From: Hyalangium minutum | Lineage (GTDB): Bacteria; Myxococcota; Myxococcia; Myxococcales; Myxococcaceae | Assembly: GCF_000737315.1 (NCBI RefSeq) | Contig: NZ_JMCB01000013.1 | Span: 20,001-268,000 of the forward strand | Direction: 5' to 3' | Length of the DNA stretch: 248,000 nt | Shown: piece by piece, positions 208,369 to 222,144 of the stretch | How positions within the stretch are numbered: position 1 is the first letter of the stretch | How the letters are laid out: every line of letters starts with the position of its first letter | Made by a program: the position numbers and the translations under genes | The notes under the pieces: generated by a model | What the model was told of the DNA's origin: nothing | Database searches by the model: none | The model's input: only the letters and a program-made list of their open reading frames with translations

Positions 208369-209883
208369 CTAATGCGTGGAGGCCGTGTGTGCACCTGCGT
208401 GGGCCGGGGCGTGCCCGCCCAGCGTCGCCGAGGCGTGGCCCGCCGCCGGCAGCGCGTGGCCGTGAGCCGCACCCGGCAGCCCGTGCGCGTCATGTCCACC
208501 GCCGTGGCCCAGGGCGCCGTGGCCCCCGCCGTGGCCGGGCTCACCCTTGACCATCTCCTTGCTGGAGAGCGTCAGGGCCACCAGCACGCCAATCTGGAAG
208601 AGCCCGAACAGCGCCAGGTAGCGCAGCGAGGGATCCCACAGCACCAGCGCGCCGCTGATGAACACGTTGGCCAGGCCCACGGGCAGCAGCATCTTCCAGC
208701 CCAGCGTCTGGATCTGATCGTAGCGGAAGCGGGGGAACGTCCAGCGGATGAGCAGCTGCAGGAAGCACAGCAGCAGCACCTTGATCCAGAAGATCGTCCC
208801 CATCAGCGTGGCGTACACCAGCGGGTAGTCCCGCAGGTGGCTGGCCACCCACTCGCCGCCGAAGGGCAGGTGGTAGCCGCCAAAGAAGAGCGCCGCGACG
208901 ACGCCCGACAGCACCACCACCTCGACGAACTCGGAGATCATGAACAGGCCGAACTGCATGCCCGAGTACTCCACGAAGTAGCCGATGATCTCGGACTCAC
209001 CTTCCGGCACGTCGAACGGGGCGCGCTTCGTCTCGGCGAAGGCCGCCGCGAAGAAGCCGATGAAGCCAATGGGCTGCAGGATGATGCCCCACGTCGGCAG
209101 GCCGAAGTCGAAGCCCTCGCCCGCGGCGCCGCCCGTCCACTGCCACAGGTAGCGCGCCTGGCCGGAGGCCTCGCTGCCCGTCTCCGCCGCCAGCGCGCCG
209201 ACGATGGACGGCAGCTGCACGGAGGAGAACGCCAGCATGAGGCCCACCAGCGACAGGCCCAGCGCCACCTCGTAGGAGATCATCTGCGAGGAGGCGCGCA
209301 CGCCGCCCAGCAGGGCGAACTTGTTGTTGGAGGCCCAGCCGGCCAGCGCCGTGCCGTACACCGCCAGCGAGGCGATGGCGAACAGGTAGAGCAGGCCGAA
209401 GTCCGGGGTGGCCACCACCATGTCCACGTTGTGGCCGAACACCTGCACCGAGGGGCCCGCGGGGACGATGGCGAACAGGGCGAACACCGGCCCGAACGCC
209501 AGCAGAGGCCCCAGGTTGAACAGGAACTTGTTCGCGTTCTCCGGCCGGAAGGCCTCCTTGGTCAGCATCTTCAAGGAGTCCGCCGCCACGAAGGGCAGGC
209601 CCGCCAGCGAGCGGTTCTTCAGGCCCGGCAGGGCGATGCGCGCGCGGTTCGGGCCGATGCGGTCCTGCATCAGCGCGCTCCACTTGCGCTCGGCCAGCGT
209701 GAGCAGCGTGGCGATGACCATCACGAACAGGAGCATCAGGAAGATGATGTTCGTGAGCCGGCTGGCGCCGGTGAACAGGTACTGCTCCGCCAGGCCACCC
209801 ACCACGTAGGTGCCGAGCACCACGGCGGCGAGCAGGCCGATGATGAAGCCGATGGCGAAGAGGACAGTGAGAATGCGAGCCAT
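208369..209883 (-). CDS. nuoH: NADH dehydrogenase subunit H
   Basis: ERK...[19 protein letters not shown]. Confidence 0.95.
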   Translation of the reverse strand: MARILTVLFAIGFIIGLLAAVVLGTYVVGGLAEQYLFTGASRLTNIIFLMLLFVMVIATLLTLAERKWSALMQDRIGPNRARIALPGLKNRSLAGLPFVAADSLKMLTKEAFRPENANKFLFNLGPLLAFGPVFALFAIVPAGPSVQVFGHNVDMVVATPDFGLLYLFAIASLAVYGTALAGWASNNKFALLGGVRASSQMISYEVALGLSLVGLMLAFSSVQLPSIVGALAAETGSEASGQARYLWQWTGGAAGEGFDFGLPTWGIILQPIGFIGFFAAAFAETKRAPFDVPEGESEIIGYFVEYSGMQFGLFMISEFVEVVVLSGVVAALFFGGYHLPFGGEWVASHLRDYPLVYATLMGTIFWIKVLLLCFLQLLIRWTFPRFRYDQIQTLGWKMLLPVGLANVFISGALVLWDPSLRYLALFGLFQIGVLVALTLSSKEMVKGEPGHGGGHGALGHGGGHDAHGLPGAAHGHALPAAGHASATLGGHAPAHAGAHTASTH

Positions 209884-211766
<1,883 letters not shown>

Positions 211767-211770
<4 letters not shown>

Positions 211771-213017
211771 TGCTCGACCTCGCCGCCGATCATGTTGATC
211801 ATGTCAAAGGTGGGAATGAGGTCCGCCAGCATCTTCCCCTCGATGATCTGAGGAATGGCGGAGAGGATGGGGAAGCCCGGCGCGCGGACGTGGACCTTGT
211901 AGGGCCGGCCGCCGCCGTCGCTCACCAGGTACCAGCCCAGCTCGCCGTTGGCCGCCTCGGTGCTGTCGTACACCTCGCCCGGCGGCACCGGGATGCCCTC
212001 CATCACCAGCTTGAAGTGCGACATGACACCTTCGATGGTGCCGTACACCTCGGGCTTGGGCGGCAGGGCGATGCGCCAGTCATCCACGATGATGGGGCCG
212101 CTGGGCAGCTTGGCCAGCGCCTGCCGGATGATGCGATCCGACTGCTTCATCTCCTCGAGCCGCATGATGTAGCGGTCGTAGTTGTCGCCGTGCGTGCCCA
212201 CCGGCACATCGAAGTCCAGCTGGCTGTAGACCCAGTAGGGCTTGGCCTTGCGCACGTCGTAGTCCACGCCAGCGGCGCGCAGGCAGGGGCCGGTGAAGCC
212301 AAAGTCCAGGGCATCCTCGGCGGAGAGGAGGCCGGTGCCCTTCATGCGGTCCACGAAGATGCGGTTCTTCATCAGCAGCCCCTCGACCTCCACGAGGAGC
212401 TCCTGGATCTTGTCCAGGGACTTGATCGTCTTCGGGATCCACCCCTCGGGCAGGTCGCGGTTGAGGCCGCCCACGCGCCCGTAGCTGGTGGTGAGGCGCG
212501 CGCCGGTCAGCTCCGTCACGCGGTCCATGATGAGCTCACGGCCCTCGATGGCGTAGAGGAACGGAGCGAACCCGCCGAGCTCCAGCGCCGTGGCGCCCAC
212601 GCACGTGAGGTGATCGTGCATGCGGTGCAGCTCGGAGGCGATCACGCGGATGTACTGGGCGCGCTCAGGGATCTCCAGGCCGATGAGCTTCTCCACGGCG
212701 TTGAGGAACCCGAAGTTGTTCATCATCGCCGAGTTGTAGTTGAGCCGGTCCGTGTACGGCAGACACTGCGTCCACGTGACGTTCTCGCAGCTCTTCTGGA
212801 AGCCTCGGTGGAGGAAGCCGATCTCCGGGTCGGCCTTGATGATCGTCTCTCCCTCCAGCTCCACCTTCATGCGCACGGTGCCGTGCATGGCGGGGTGAGA
212901 GGGGCCCATGTTGATGTACATCCGCTTGGGCTGGAGGTGAGCCTCCAGCTCCGACTCGTGGGCGTACGCGTCGGTGTCCGGGTTGGGCGCTTCAGGCTGC
213001 TTGGAAGGGTCCGACAT
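211767..213017 (-). CDS. nuoD: NADH dehydrogenase subunit D
   Basis: GPSHPAMHG, GFLHRG, YTDRLNY. Confidence 0.95.
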
Positions 213018-213054
213018 GGAGGAGAGTCCTCGGAAGGCGAAAGGGGCCGGGGCT

Positions 213055-213588
213055 TCAGGAGAGGCCGCTGGTGCCGGGGCCGCGGAAGATGTCCTTGATG
213101 GGGCGCTCGGGGATCAGCGGCTGCCGGTCGCGCAGGGCGTAGTCCTTGCGCAGCGGGTGCCCCTGGAACTCGTCGTACATGAGGATGCGGCGCAGATCCG
213201 GATGGCCCACGAACTTGATGCCGTAGAAGTCGTAGGTGAGGCGCTCCCACCAGTTGGCGCCCTTGTAGAGAGGAACCAGCGAGGGCACCTCGGGAGTCGT
213301 CTCGGTGACGCGCACCTTGAGGCGCACGTGCTCGTTTCGCGTGAGCGAGTAGAGGATGTAGATGATCTCGAAGCGCGGATCGCTCTCGGCCAGGTGCAGC
213401 CGGTCCACGGCATCGATGGAGCCGAAGAGCTTGAAGTTCAGCTCCGGATCATTGCGGAGATACGCCGCCACCTTCGGCAGGTGCTGAGCATGGATGACGG
213501 CCCAGGCGCCGCCGGCCCTGTCGTCGTAGCGCTCCGCGACCGCCTCCGGAAGGTGGGCGGAGACCCTGTCCAACGCGAATGTGCTCAA
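213055..213588 (-). CDS. nuoC: NADH dehydrogenase subunit C
   Basis: WWER..YD.YGI.F.GHPDLRRI, GHPLRKDY. Confidence 0.95.
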   Translation of the reverse strand: MSTFALDRVSAHLPEAVAERYDDRAGGAWAVIHAQHLPKVAAYLRNDPELNFKLFGSIDAVDRLHLAESDPRFEIIYILYSLTRNEHVRLKVRVTETTPEVPSLVPLYKGANWWERLTYDFYGIKFVGHPDLRRILMYDEFQGHPLRKDYALRDRQPLIPERPIKDIFRGPGTSGLS

Positions 213589-213702
213589 AAGGGGGCCCCA
213601 ATGGCAGAAGAATCCGCGGCTTTATAGGGAGGGCAGCCCGCAGCGTCAACGTAAAACCCCCAGCCATGTAGGGCACTTACGCGCGCTAGAAGCGAGGGGG
213701 CC

Positions 213703-214977
213703 TCAGGCGGCGGCGGAGGTGCCCCCAGGGCGGGCGGATCCGTGGGGCTCGGGAATGAAGAGCGAGACGGGCAGCGTCTTGCCGGGGACGGTGGCCGGGG
213801 GGGCCTCTCGCCAGAGGAAGGCCTCTCCCGCCTGCTCACGGGTCGTCCGGGACACCAGCACGGGGGCGCCCGCCGTCTTGGTGAGGCGCTCAATGCGGCT
213901 GGCCAGGTTCACGGTGTCGCCAATGGCGGTGTACTCCAGGCGCCGGGTGGAAGAGCCGATGTTGCCCAGCACCACGGGCCCAGTGTGGACACCTACACCC
214001 ATTCGCAGGCCTGGCTCGCCCCGGGCGGCGCGCTCGGCGTTGACGGCCTCGAGCTCGGCCACCATGTCCAGGGCGCACTGCACGCCCCGCCGGGCATGCT
214101 CGGCATCCGCGATGGGAGCGCCGAAGTACACCATCAGTGCGTCGCCGATGAACTTGTCGAGCGTGCCGCCATGGCGGAATACCACCTCCACCATGCGCCC
214201 GTAGTACTCGTTGAGGATGGCCACCACCTGCTGGGGGGGCAGGCGCTCGCTGAGGGCGGTGAAGTCCCGGATGTCGGCGAACAGGAGCGTCACCTCGCGC
214301 AGCTCTGGGTGGGTCTTCGAGATGGCCAGATCCTGGAGCCGCTCGGCGACGGCAGGGGAGAAGTAGCGGCCGAGCCGGGCCCGCTTGAGCTCCTCGCGCG
214401 TGACGGCCGAGAGCAGGGCGCGGATGCGCAGCAGCAGGTGGGAGGCGCCCGCGGCGCTGGCTGCCAGGACGACCACGGCGGCCACCTGCGCGCCGATGGC
214501 GATGCCGGCCTGCTGTTGGAGCAGCACCTCCGTGATGGCCGCGACCCCGGTGACCGCCAAGGTCCCCAGGCGGCGCAGGGAGAGGGCGGACAGGAGGATG
214601 AGGCAGACGTAGATGCCCAGGGTGAAGCCCGCCACGCCGCCTGGGGAGGGGGAGAGGGGCAGTGACAGGGTCTGGAGCCAGAAGATGGCGGGGACGTCGA
214701 CGAGGGCCAGCGTCATGCCGGACCAGCGCGCGATCCACTGGAAGTGGTAGACGCCGCCCAGGACGAGTGCGGTGACGGCCCAGTACGCAGCGAAGGGGGT
214801 GGAGTAGATGGCCCAGTCGGCGAGCCCGCGCAGGAAGCCCAGGTAGAGGGTGACGGCGAAGACGGCAGAGACGGCGAGGAAGCGCACCCACGACAGATGG
214901 AGCGCATTTCGCGCCCGCTCAGTGTCGAGTGCCCGCGAGAGGCTCTGCTCGGTAGTGGGCGCTGCCGCTTCCTTCAT
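213703..214977 (-). CDS. Membrane class III adenylate/guanylate cyclase
   Basis: [27 protein letters not shown]. Confidence 0.92.
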   Translation of the reverse strand: MKEAAAPTTEQSLSRALDTERARNALHLSWVRFLAVSAVFAVTLYLGFLRGLADWAIYSTPFAAYWAVTALVLGGVYHFQWIARWSGMTLALVDVPAIFWLQTLSLPLSPSPGGVAGFTLGIYVCLILLSALSLRRLGTLAVTGVAAITEVLLQQQAGIAIGAQVAAVVVLAASAAGASHLLLRIRALLSAVTREELKRARLGRYFSPAVAERLQDLAISKTHPELREVTLLFADIRDFTALSERLPPQQVVAILNEYYGRMVEVVFRHGGTLDKFIGDALMVYFGAPIADAEHARRGVQCALDMVAELEAVNAERAARGEPGLRMGVGVHTGPVVLGNIGSSTRRLEYTAIGDTVNLASRIERLTKTAGAPVLVSRTTREQAGEAFLWREAPPATVPGKTLPVSLFIPEPHGSARPGGTSAAA

Positions 214978-215194
214978 GACGCCGGGCGTCCCTCCCGCTG
215001 TCCGTGTCAGCCGCTGGCACACTGTGGCACGGGTTGGGCGACCGTGCACGTTGCGTACCTCCTAAGAGGGCTCGTCTGTCCGGTTGGTGAGCTTTTGGGA
215101 AACAGAACCAGGTGGGTAGGCTCAAGTAGGCTCAGGCGTGGCGAGTCTCGTACCCTTCGACGCCGCAGTCATCGCAGCCGAACGGGTAGGAGGC

Positions 215195-216094
215195 CTAATT
215201 CGGCTGACAGACAAAGGGCCGGTCTGGCCTGTGTTGCCTGCAGACGTAGCCCTCAATGCACGCGTGGGGATCCTTTGGATCACACGGGGGCCTGCACCGC
215301 CATGCGTCGCAGATCAATCCGTCCCTGCACGAGGGATAATCCTCACCACACCGTTCCAGGCACTCCATCCACGCCTTATCGGGACGGGCGGGCTCTCGGA
215401 GCACCACGCACTCGCCGCCTCGCGGACAGGGAGCTTGTTGGCACTGGGGGCCATAAACGTGCGCGCACACGGAGACGCCTTCCTCGTACCGGACGCAGTG
215501 CTGATCCTCTGGGCACCCGCGTGTCTCACACGTAGGCAAGCACACCGGCTCTGGCGCTGTGTCCGCGCAAAAGAAGCCAGCGGGACACGCTGCGGCATCC
215601 TCTGTCTTGCAGGGCCGAGCACACCACGGTTTGCGAAGGCCGCCGCAAATCAATCCCGGCGCGCAGGCATCGTCGCGGCTCTCCCCCAACACATAGCAGG
215701 GCTCCCCTTCCTGCCGAACGCCCAAGGGTACGCAGTACCGCACCAAGGGGCCGTCTTCCACCGTGGCGATGGTGTGGCAGACTTGGCCGTCGGGGCATTG
215801 CGAGTCTGCGGTGCACTGACTGTCGGTGCAGATCTGCCGCCTGTAGCGCAATTCGGTGACGCACCCGAGAGGAGGCTCACACGGCTGACCGGCCCCGCAG
215901 CTGCGGCGGTACGTTAGGAACTGCGCGCGCTCCTCTGAGGTCAGCATTGGGCTGATACGCCTGCCACCCGCGCCCTTTTCAGGAAGGGTGGGCCGTAGCA
216001 CGCCGCCCAATAATATGGCGAGGGGCACTGGCAGCAGCAGACTGGCAAGAGTCGCCAGCAGGGGACGCCAGCTCACCCGCATGTCCTGATACAC
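215195..216094 (-). CDS. Membrane-anchored Cys-rich repeat protein
   Basis: Paralog of 84451-85350 (TY.R.C....C.PPLGC...LRY....CTDS.C..D.QCP.G). Confidence 0.8.
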   Translation of the reverse strand: MYQDMRVSWRPLLATLASLLLPVPLAILLGGVLRPTLPEKGAGGRRISPMLTSEERAQFLTYRRSCGAGQPCEPPLGCVTELRYRRQICTDSQCTADSQCPDGQVCHTIATVEDGPLVRYCVPLGVRQEGEPCYVLGESRDDACAPGLICGGLRKPWCARPCKTEDAAACPAGFFCADTAPEPVCLPTCETRGCPEDQHCVRYEEGVSVCAHVYGPQCQQAPCPRGGECVVLREPARPDKAWMECLERCGEDYPSCRDGLICDAWRCRPPCDPKDPHACIEGYVCRQHRPDRPFVCQPN

Positions 216095-216285
216095 TCCGGC
216101 GTGTTTTCCTTACCGCCGCCGCAGAGCTCGTCGTACGTCTTCTGGTCGCAATATTTACGGACGAGTTCCAGGGTGTCCTGATGGACGGCTTTGGCGACAC
216201 GACCCTCCTTGCCAAACTCTGAAGGACAGCCAGTCACCATCCAGAGCACCACCAGGAGCGTTCCTGCGTCACGCCAGCGCATCAT
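216073..216285 (-). CDS. Small Cys-containing lipoprotein
   Basis: RBS AGGAGGGG; MMRWRDAG...MVTGCPSEFG; paralog of 84213. Confidence 0.75.
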   Translation of the reverse strand: MMRWRDAGTLLVVLWMVTGCPSEFGKEGRVAKAVHQDTLELVRKYCDQKTYDELCGGGKENTPECIRTCG

Positions 216286-216374
216286 CCCCTCCTGCGAGCA
216301 CTGATGACCGTACCAAGAGTCAACGGACAGGGCCACGCTGCCGGAAACAGGTAACTCACGGCGGTAGGGGAGCC

Positions 216375-218414
216375 ATGGCGGACGCAGGGCTTTTCAGGTA
216401 CACGCGGCTCGTCGCCATGTCCGTCCGTGTTGCTCCCAGGCTCCTTCTCTGGACGCTCCTCGCCGCTCTCGTAGGCGCTGGGCTGGGGCTGGGGTTGTTT
216501 GCTCTGGAAACGGAGCGGTTGCTCAGCGCTGGACTGGTGGGCGTGGGCATCGATGTGGAGGGGCCCTATGCGGCGCTGATGAATGCGATCCGGCCGCTGC
216601 TGCCAGGGCTGCTCGCTCGGGTCGCGGCGGTGTATGGGGTTGGCGGCGCCGTGCTCGGGCTCTTGGCTGGAGGGCTCGCTCGCGCGTGGGGACGGCAGCG
216701 GTTGGCGTGGGTGATCCCTCATTGGCTCGTGCTGCTCGCACTGCTGGCCTGGGATCGCGCCATCGCCCGGCCCGCGCTCTTCGATGATCTGCCCGCGCTG
216801 CGCTCGGTGCTGGGCTGGCTCGTGGACCATGGCCAGCCCTGGCACCCGCGTGTGACCGTGGGGCTGTGGCTCGCTCTTCCCCTGGGTTGGCTTGCTTGGC
216901 GCTCTCGCGAACATCAGCGCTCCCTGGGCTTGGCATGTGGGGCCGTGGTGGCGGTGGGGTTGCTCGGGGCGTGGATCTCCCGGACACCCTCGGGTGGAGA
217001 GAGACATCCGCTCGTTGTCCTCATCGGGGTGGATGCGTTCCGCCCGGATCGGCTGAAGGCGCTCGGAGGCACAGGCGCGGTGGCGCCTCACCTCGATCGC
217101 TTCGTGGAAGAGGGCGCCACGCTCTTTACCCGCGCGTACACGACCATCGCTCAGACGGAACCCGCGTGGCGCTCACTGCTCACCGCGCGCTGGCCGCATC
217201 GCACCGGCGTCCGTTACTCGCTCACGGCCGAGTCCCGCTGGATCCCCACCTCCACCTTTCCTGCGCGCTTCGCGGATGCCCACTGGCGCACCGTGTTTGC
217301 CACGGATTGCTCGCGCTTCCACGCCGAGGGCCCGGACTCCGGTTTCGCCACGCGCCTCCAGCCGCCTCGGGGCGCGGTGAACTTCCTGCTGGAGAAACTC
217401 CGCTACCGCGCCGTGGGCCTGTTCGCCGATCACCGGCTCGGCGCCGCGTGGCTGCCCGAGTTCATCGACAACCGCGCCCTCGCGGGCATCCACGATCCCA
217501 TCGGCTACGCGGATCGGCTCGCGGCGCGGCTCGTCTTGGAGGCCTCCCAAGGCCCCACACTGTTCGCCTTCCACGCCACCGCAGCGCATTTCCCGGGCGA
217601 CCCCACCTATCCCTTCTACCGGCGCTTCGTGGCTCCCTCCGAGCCGATCGAGCGCCGGCTGCGCATGCACTTCTCCCCGGTGGTGCCCGGCGCCGCCGGA
217701 GGTGCCGGTTCCTGGAACCGGGCCGGTGCTGAGGGGCTCTATGACGAGCTGCTCGCCCAGGCCGATGCACAGGTGGGTCAGCTCTTCGACGCGCTGAAGC
217801 GGACCGGACGCTACGACGACGCGCTCATCGTCCTGTTCTCGGATCACGGCGAGAGCTTCCACGCGGACCGGCCGGACCTCGCAGGTGCCACCTCGGTGCA
217901 CGGCGCCCGGCTCTCCGAGGAGGAGAACCGTGTGCTCCTGGCGGTGAAGCTCCCCCGAGGCCAACAGGCCCCCGCTCGTGTGGATACCCTCGTCCGGCTG
218001 TTGGACATGGGCCCCACGCTGCTGGAGTTGTCCCAACTCCCATCTCTCCCGAGCGACGTGGATGGCGTCTCCCTCGCGCCTCTGTTGCGCGGAGAGCCCT
218101 TCCAGCCCCAGCCGCTCTACGCGGAGACGGGCTTCACGCACGTGAGCCCGGAGATCTTCGATCCAGGCCACTGGCCCGGAGCCCCTCGCAGCTTCGAGAC
218201 CTACCGCATCCGCCAGGATGGCGTGGTGGAGGTGGACGGCTCCGCCCACGACGCCATGGTCCGAGAGAAGGATCGCGGCGCCTTCGACGGGCAGCGCTGG
218301 CTGGTGGATCGCCCCCAGGCGGACGGCTCCACGAAGCGCACGTGCGTGGGCGACTGCGCGGAGCCCGCGGTGTTGTCTTCCTGGCTGGACGCGGTGCTGA
218401 GCCGCGCTCCCTGA
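216375..218414 (+). CDS. Membrane-anchored sulfatase-like hydrolase
   Basis: IGVDAFRPD, SDHGE; N-terminal TMs. Confidence 0.82.
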   Translation: MADAGLFRYTRLVAMSVRVAPRLLLWTLLAALVGAGLGLGLFALETERLLSAGLVGVGIDVEGPYAALMNAIRPLLPGLLARVAAVYGVGGAVLGLLAGGLARAWGRQRLAWVIPHWLVLLALLAWDRAIARPALFDDLPALRSVLGWLVDHGQPWHPRVTVGLWLALPLGWLAWRSREHQRSLGLACGAVVAVGLLGAWISRTPSGGERHPLVVLIGVDAFRPDRLKALGGTGAVAPHLDRFVEEGATLFTRAYTTIAQTEPAWRSLLTARWPHRTGVRYSLTAESRWIPTSTFPARFADAHWRTVFATDCSRFHAEGPDSGFATRLQPPRGAVNFLLEKLRYRAVGLFADHRLGAAWLPEFIDNRALAGIHDPIGYADRLAARLVLEASQGPTLFAFHATAAHFPGDPTYPFYRRFVAPSEPIERRLRMHFSPVVPGAAGGAGSWNRAGAEGLYDELLAQADAQVGQLFDALKRTGRYDDALIVLFSDHGESFHADRPDLAGATSVHGARLSEEENRVLLAVKLPRGQQAPARVDTLVRLLDMGPTLLELSQLPSLPSDVDGVSLAPLLRGEPFQPQPLYAETGFTHVSPEIFDPGHWPGAPRSFETYRIRQDGVVEVDGSAHDAMVREKDRGAFDGQRWLVDRPQADGSTKRTCVGDCAEPAVLSSWLDAVLSRAP

Positions 218415-218441
218415 CTTCGGGCTGGGGTAGGGTGCCGCCCC

Positions 218442-218912
218442 ATGTCGACGACGAATACCCAGAGCCTCCAGGAGCGCTACGCCCCTCACAACGCCTGCTT
218501 CGGTTGCGGCCCCGCCAACGAGAAGGGCCTCCGCATTCGCAGCATGGCGGAGGGCGATCTCGTGGTCGCCGAGTGGACCCCCTCCGAGCACCACCAGGCC
218601 TTCCCCGGTGTCCTCAACGGCGGGATCATCGGCTCGCTGCTGGACTGCCACTGCAACTGGACGGCGGCCTACCACCTCATGAAGCAGGCAGGAGCGGACT
218701 CGCCTCCCTGCACCGTCACGGCGGACTACAGCATCCAGCTCAAGCGTCCCACGCCCATGGGCCTGGTGCGGCTCGAGGCGAAGCCCGTGGAGCTCAAGGA
218801 GGACCGCGCCGTCATCGAGGGCACGCTCACCGCCAACGGCAAGGTGACGGCCACCTGCCGGGGCACCTTCGTGGCGGTGAAGCCGGGCCACCCCGCCTAC
218901 CACCGCTGGTAG
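218442..218912 (+). CDS. PaaI family thioesterase
   Basis: CFGCG..N..GL, GVLNGG. Confidence 0.88.
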   Translation: MSTTNTQSLQERYAPHNACFGCGPANEKGLRIRSMAEGDLVVAEWTPSEHHQAFPGVLNGGIIGSLLDCHCNWTAAYHLMKQAGADSPPCTVTADYSIQLKRPTPMGLVRLEAKPVELKEDRAVIEGTLTANGKVTATCRGTFVAVKPGHPAYHRW

Positions 218913-218993
218913 CCCGCAAAGCCAAGGGCCCCGGCGCTCCCTCCACCAAGGGAGCCACGCGGGGCCCTGGAGCCTCACACCCCGAGGGGCGCG

Positions 218994-219560
<567 letters not shown>

Positions 219561-219566
219561 GGTTCC

Positions 219567-219935
219567 TCAGCTCTCCCACTCGAGAGCGCCCTTCTTCCAA
219601 ACGTAGATAAGGCCCACCACCAGGGTTGCAGCGAAAACCACCATCTCGGTGTAGCCGAACCAGCCGAGCGCCTGGAAGTTCACCGCCCAGGGGTACAGGA
219701 ACACGGCTTCGACGTCGAACACGATGAAGAGCAGCGCAACGACGTAGAACTTCACCGCGAACCGCTGCCGCGCCATGCCGCTGGACTCGGAGCCGGCCTC
219801 GAAGGTCATCGACTTGACCGCGCTCGGCCGCCGAGGGCCCAGCAAGCCGGCGAGGGTGGGGATGATCAGCGCCAGCACGCCAGACAGCAGCAGCACCACT
219901 GCCAGCGGCAGATAAGGGGTGAGAGGAGTTTCCAT
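219567..219935 (-). CDS. nuoA: NADH dehydrogenase subunit A
   Basis: FEAG, FIVFDVEAVFLYPW. Confidence 0.95.
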   Translation of the reverse strand: METPLTPYLPLAVVLLLSGVLALIIPTLAGLLGPRRPSAVKSMTFEAGSESSGMARQRFAVKFYVVALLFIVFDVEAVFLYPWAVNFQALGWFGYTEMVVFAATLVVGLIYVWKKGALEWES

Positions 219936-220175
219936 CGGCGGCGGACCCTAGTGACACCCGCCACCTCTGTCAAAGGGAAACTCGGTCTCCTCACACCGTA
220001 AACCGTTGAGATAACAGCGAAAAGGCACCCTGACCCTGATCCCGCCTCTTCGGCCACGCCCCTGGGGACGGTGGCAGGTGAGGGAGGGAGCAACCGGGCA
220101 CGCACGGGGTGTTTGACGCTCTCGGGTCCAGGCGCCTACCGTCGCACCGTCGCGCGAACTCGGGAGAACCAGGGC

Positions 220176-221726
220176 ATGTGGGGTCGGCTCAGTCTACGGT
220201 GGCAGGTGGCACTCGCGGTGCTGGTGCCCACCATCGTCATTTCCGCCCTCACCAGCTTCTACTTCCCGCGGAAGCAGATGGAGATCGGCCGGCACCGGCT
220301 GAAGGAGCGGGGTCTCGCGGTGGGGCTGCTGGCCCAGCAACAAGCGGCCGCCATCCTCTCGGAGCCCGAGGCCCTGCGCACGGACCGCTTTCAGCAGCTC
220401 TTTGATCAGGTGGAGAAGGGCGGCAACGTCTCCATGCAGGCGGTGCTCGAGCCCGCAGGCGGCACACTGATCCAGCGCGGCAACCTGCCGCTCGGGAGCA
220501 CCGCCCTGAAGGGCGGCGAGGGGTGCGCGGACGCGTTCCTCGAGGGCACCCTGATCGTGAGCTGCTCGCTGCCGGATGGGCGCGCCTACCTCGTGGGCAT
220601 GGATGCCTCGGTGGTGCACCACGAGGAGGTCAATGCCTTCATGCTGTCCGGCGGACTCGTCTACAGCGCCGCGGCGCTGATCGGCCTGGCGCTGGCCTTC
220701 TTCATCGGCCGGGCCATCACCGAGCCGGTGTCGCGGATGACGGAGGCCGCCATCGAGGTGGCCAAGGGTGACGTGTCCCGCAGCACGCTGGAGGTGACGA
220801 CGGCCGCGGGCGAGGTGAAGCAGATGGCGCAGTCGTTCAGCGAGATGCTGACCACGCTGCGCGGCACGGTGGCGGAGCTGGTGTCCCGCACCGAGCAGCT
220901 GTCCAGCGCCTCGCGCGGGCTGACGGGGGCCTCGGCGGATCAGGAGCACGTCATCAGCCAGCAGGCGGCGTACGCGCAGCAGATCGCCGCCACCTTTGAG
221001 GAGCTGAGTCGCACCGCCGAGCAGATCTCCAGCTCCACGGAGGTGGTGGAGTCCAGCGCGCGCCGCACGCACGAGGCGGTGGCCGAGGCCATGGCCGTAG
221101 TGGCGCAGGTGGTGGCCGGCATCAACGACATCCGCATCGAGGCCAAGGGCGTGGCCGAGGCCATCGTCGGGCTGAACCAGGACTTGCAGCAGGTGGGGAA
221201 GATCGCCCAGGTGATCAACCAGGTGGCGGAGCGCTCGGACCTGCTGGCGCTCAACGCGGCGCTCGAGGGCACCAAGGCGGGCGAGGTGGGCCGCGGCTTC
221301 TCGCTGGTAGCCGCGGAGATGCGCAAGCTGGCGGAGAACGTGTCCGGCTCGGCGCGAGACATCGCCCGCATCGTCGAGAAGGTGCAGGACTCCGGCGAGG
221401 AGGCCGCGCAGAAGGCCCGCGTGGGCATGGCCACCTCGGATCGCGGCGTGGAGGTGGCCGAGCAGGCCTCCTCCGTGTTCGAGCGGATCGTCGAGCTGGC
221501 GCGCGGTACCAGCGAGGCGGCGCGGCAGATCACCATCGCCACGCGGCAGCAGCGCCAGTCCAGCGAGCAGGCTGTGCAGGGCGCTCGCAACGTGGCCGAG
221601 CTGGTGAAGCAGGGCGTGGATGCCACGGGCCGCACCACCCGCATTGCTCAGGATCTGCAGGCGGTGGCCGAGGGGCTCACCGCCGTCACCAGCCGCTTCA
221701 AGGTCGCCCGCGACGAGCGGTCCTGA
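220176..221726 (+). CDS. Orphan methyl-accepting chemotaxis protein
   Basis: HAMP; DLLALNAALE...GRGF. Confidence 0.93.
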   Translation: MWGRLSLRWQVALAVLVPTIVISALTSFYFPRKQMEIGRHRLKERGLAVGLLAQQQAAAILSEPEALRTDRFQQLFDQVEKGGNVSMQAVLEPAGGTLIQRGNLPLGSTALKGGEGCADAFLEGTLIVSCSLPDGRAYLVGMDASVVHHEEVNAFMLSGGLVYSAAALIGLALAFFIGRAITEPVSRMTEAAIEVAKGDVSRSTLEVTTAAGEVKQMAQSFSEMLTTLRGTVAELVSRTEQLSSASRGLTGASADQEHVISQQAAYAQQIAATFEELSRTAEQISSSTEVVESSARRTHEAVAEAMAVVAQVVAGINDIRIEAKGVAEAIVGLNQDLQQVGKIAQVINQVAERSDLLALNAALEGTKAGEVGRGFSLVAAEMRKLAENVSGSARDIARIVEKVQDSGEEAAQKARVGMATSDRGVEVAEQASSVFERIVELARGTSEAARQITIATRQQRQSSEQAVQGARNVAELVKQGVDATGRTTRIAQDLQAVAEGLTAVTSRFKVARDERS

Positions 221727-221763
221727 GTCCGCTCCCGAGCGCCGCCGAGAGGGCTCTCGAGGC

Positions 221764-222144
221764 CTACCGCGGCTCCTCTTGATCCGAGTCTTTGGGGACC
221801 AGCGTGTGTACCTGGTCGAGGAGCTGTTGCAAGGAGAAGGGCTTCTTGAGGAACCCGGACCACCCATGGTCCTTGGGCTTCACCGTGGGCGCGATGGCGC
221901 TCATGATGAGGACGGGGAGCTTCTCGAAGGCAGGCTTCTGGCGGATGGCCTTGAGCGTCTCGTAGCCGTTCATCACCGGCATCATGATGTCCAGGATGGC
222001 CAGGTCCGGCGTGTGCTCCTCCAGGCACTTGAGCGCCTCGCGGCCGTTGCCGCACGTCAAGACGCGGTAGCGCTCCTCCTCGAGGATCGCCTTGACCGCC
222101 TCGGCGATGTCCAGCTCGTCATCGACGATGAGCACCGTCTTCAT
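221764..222144 (-). CDS. Single-domain response regulator
   Basis: VDDE, DIMMP, KP. Confidence 0.92.
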   Translation of the reverse strand: MKTVLIVDDELDIAEAVKAILEEERYRVLTCGNGREALKCLEEHTPDLAILDIMMPVMNGYETLKAIRQKPAFEKLPVLIMSAIAPTVKPKDHGWSGFLKKPFSLQQLLDQVHTLVPKDSDQEEPR

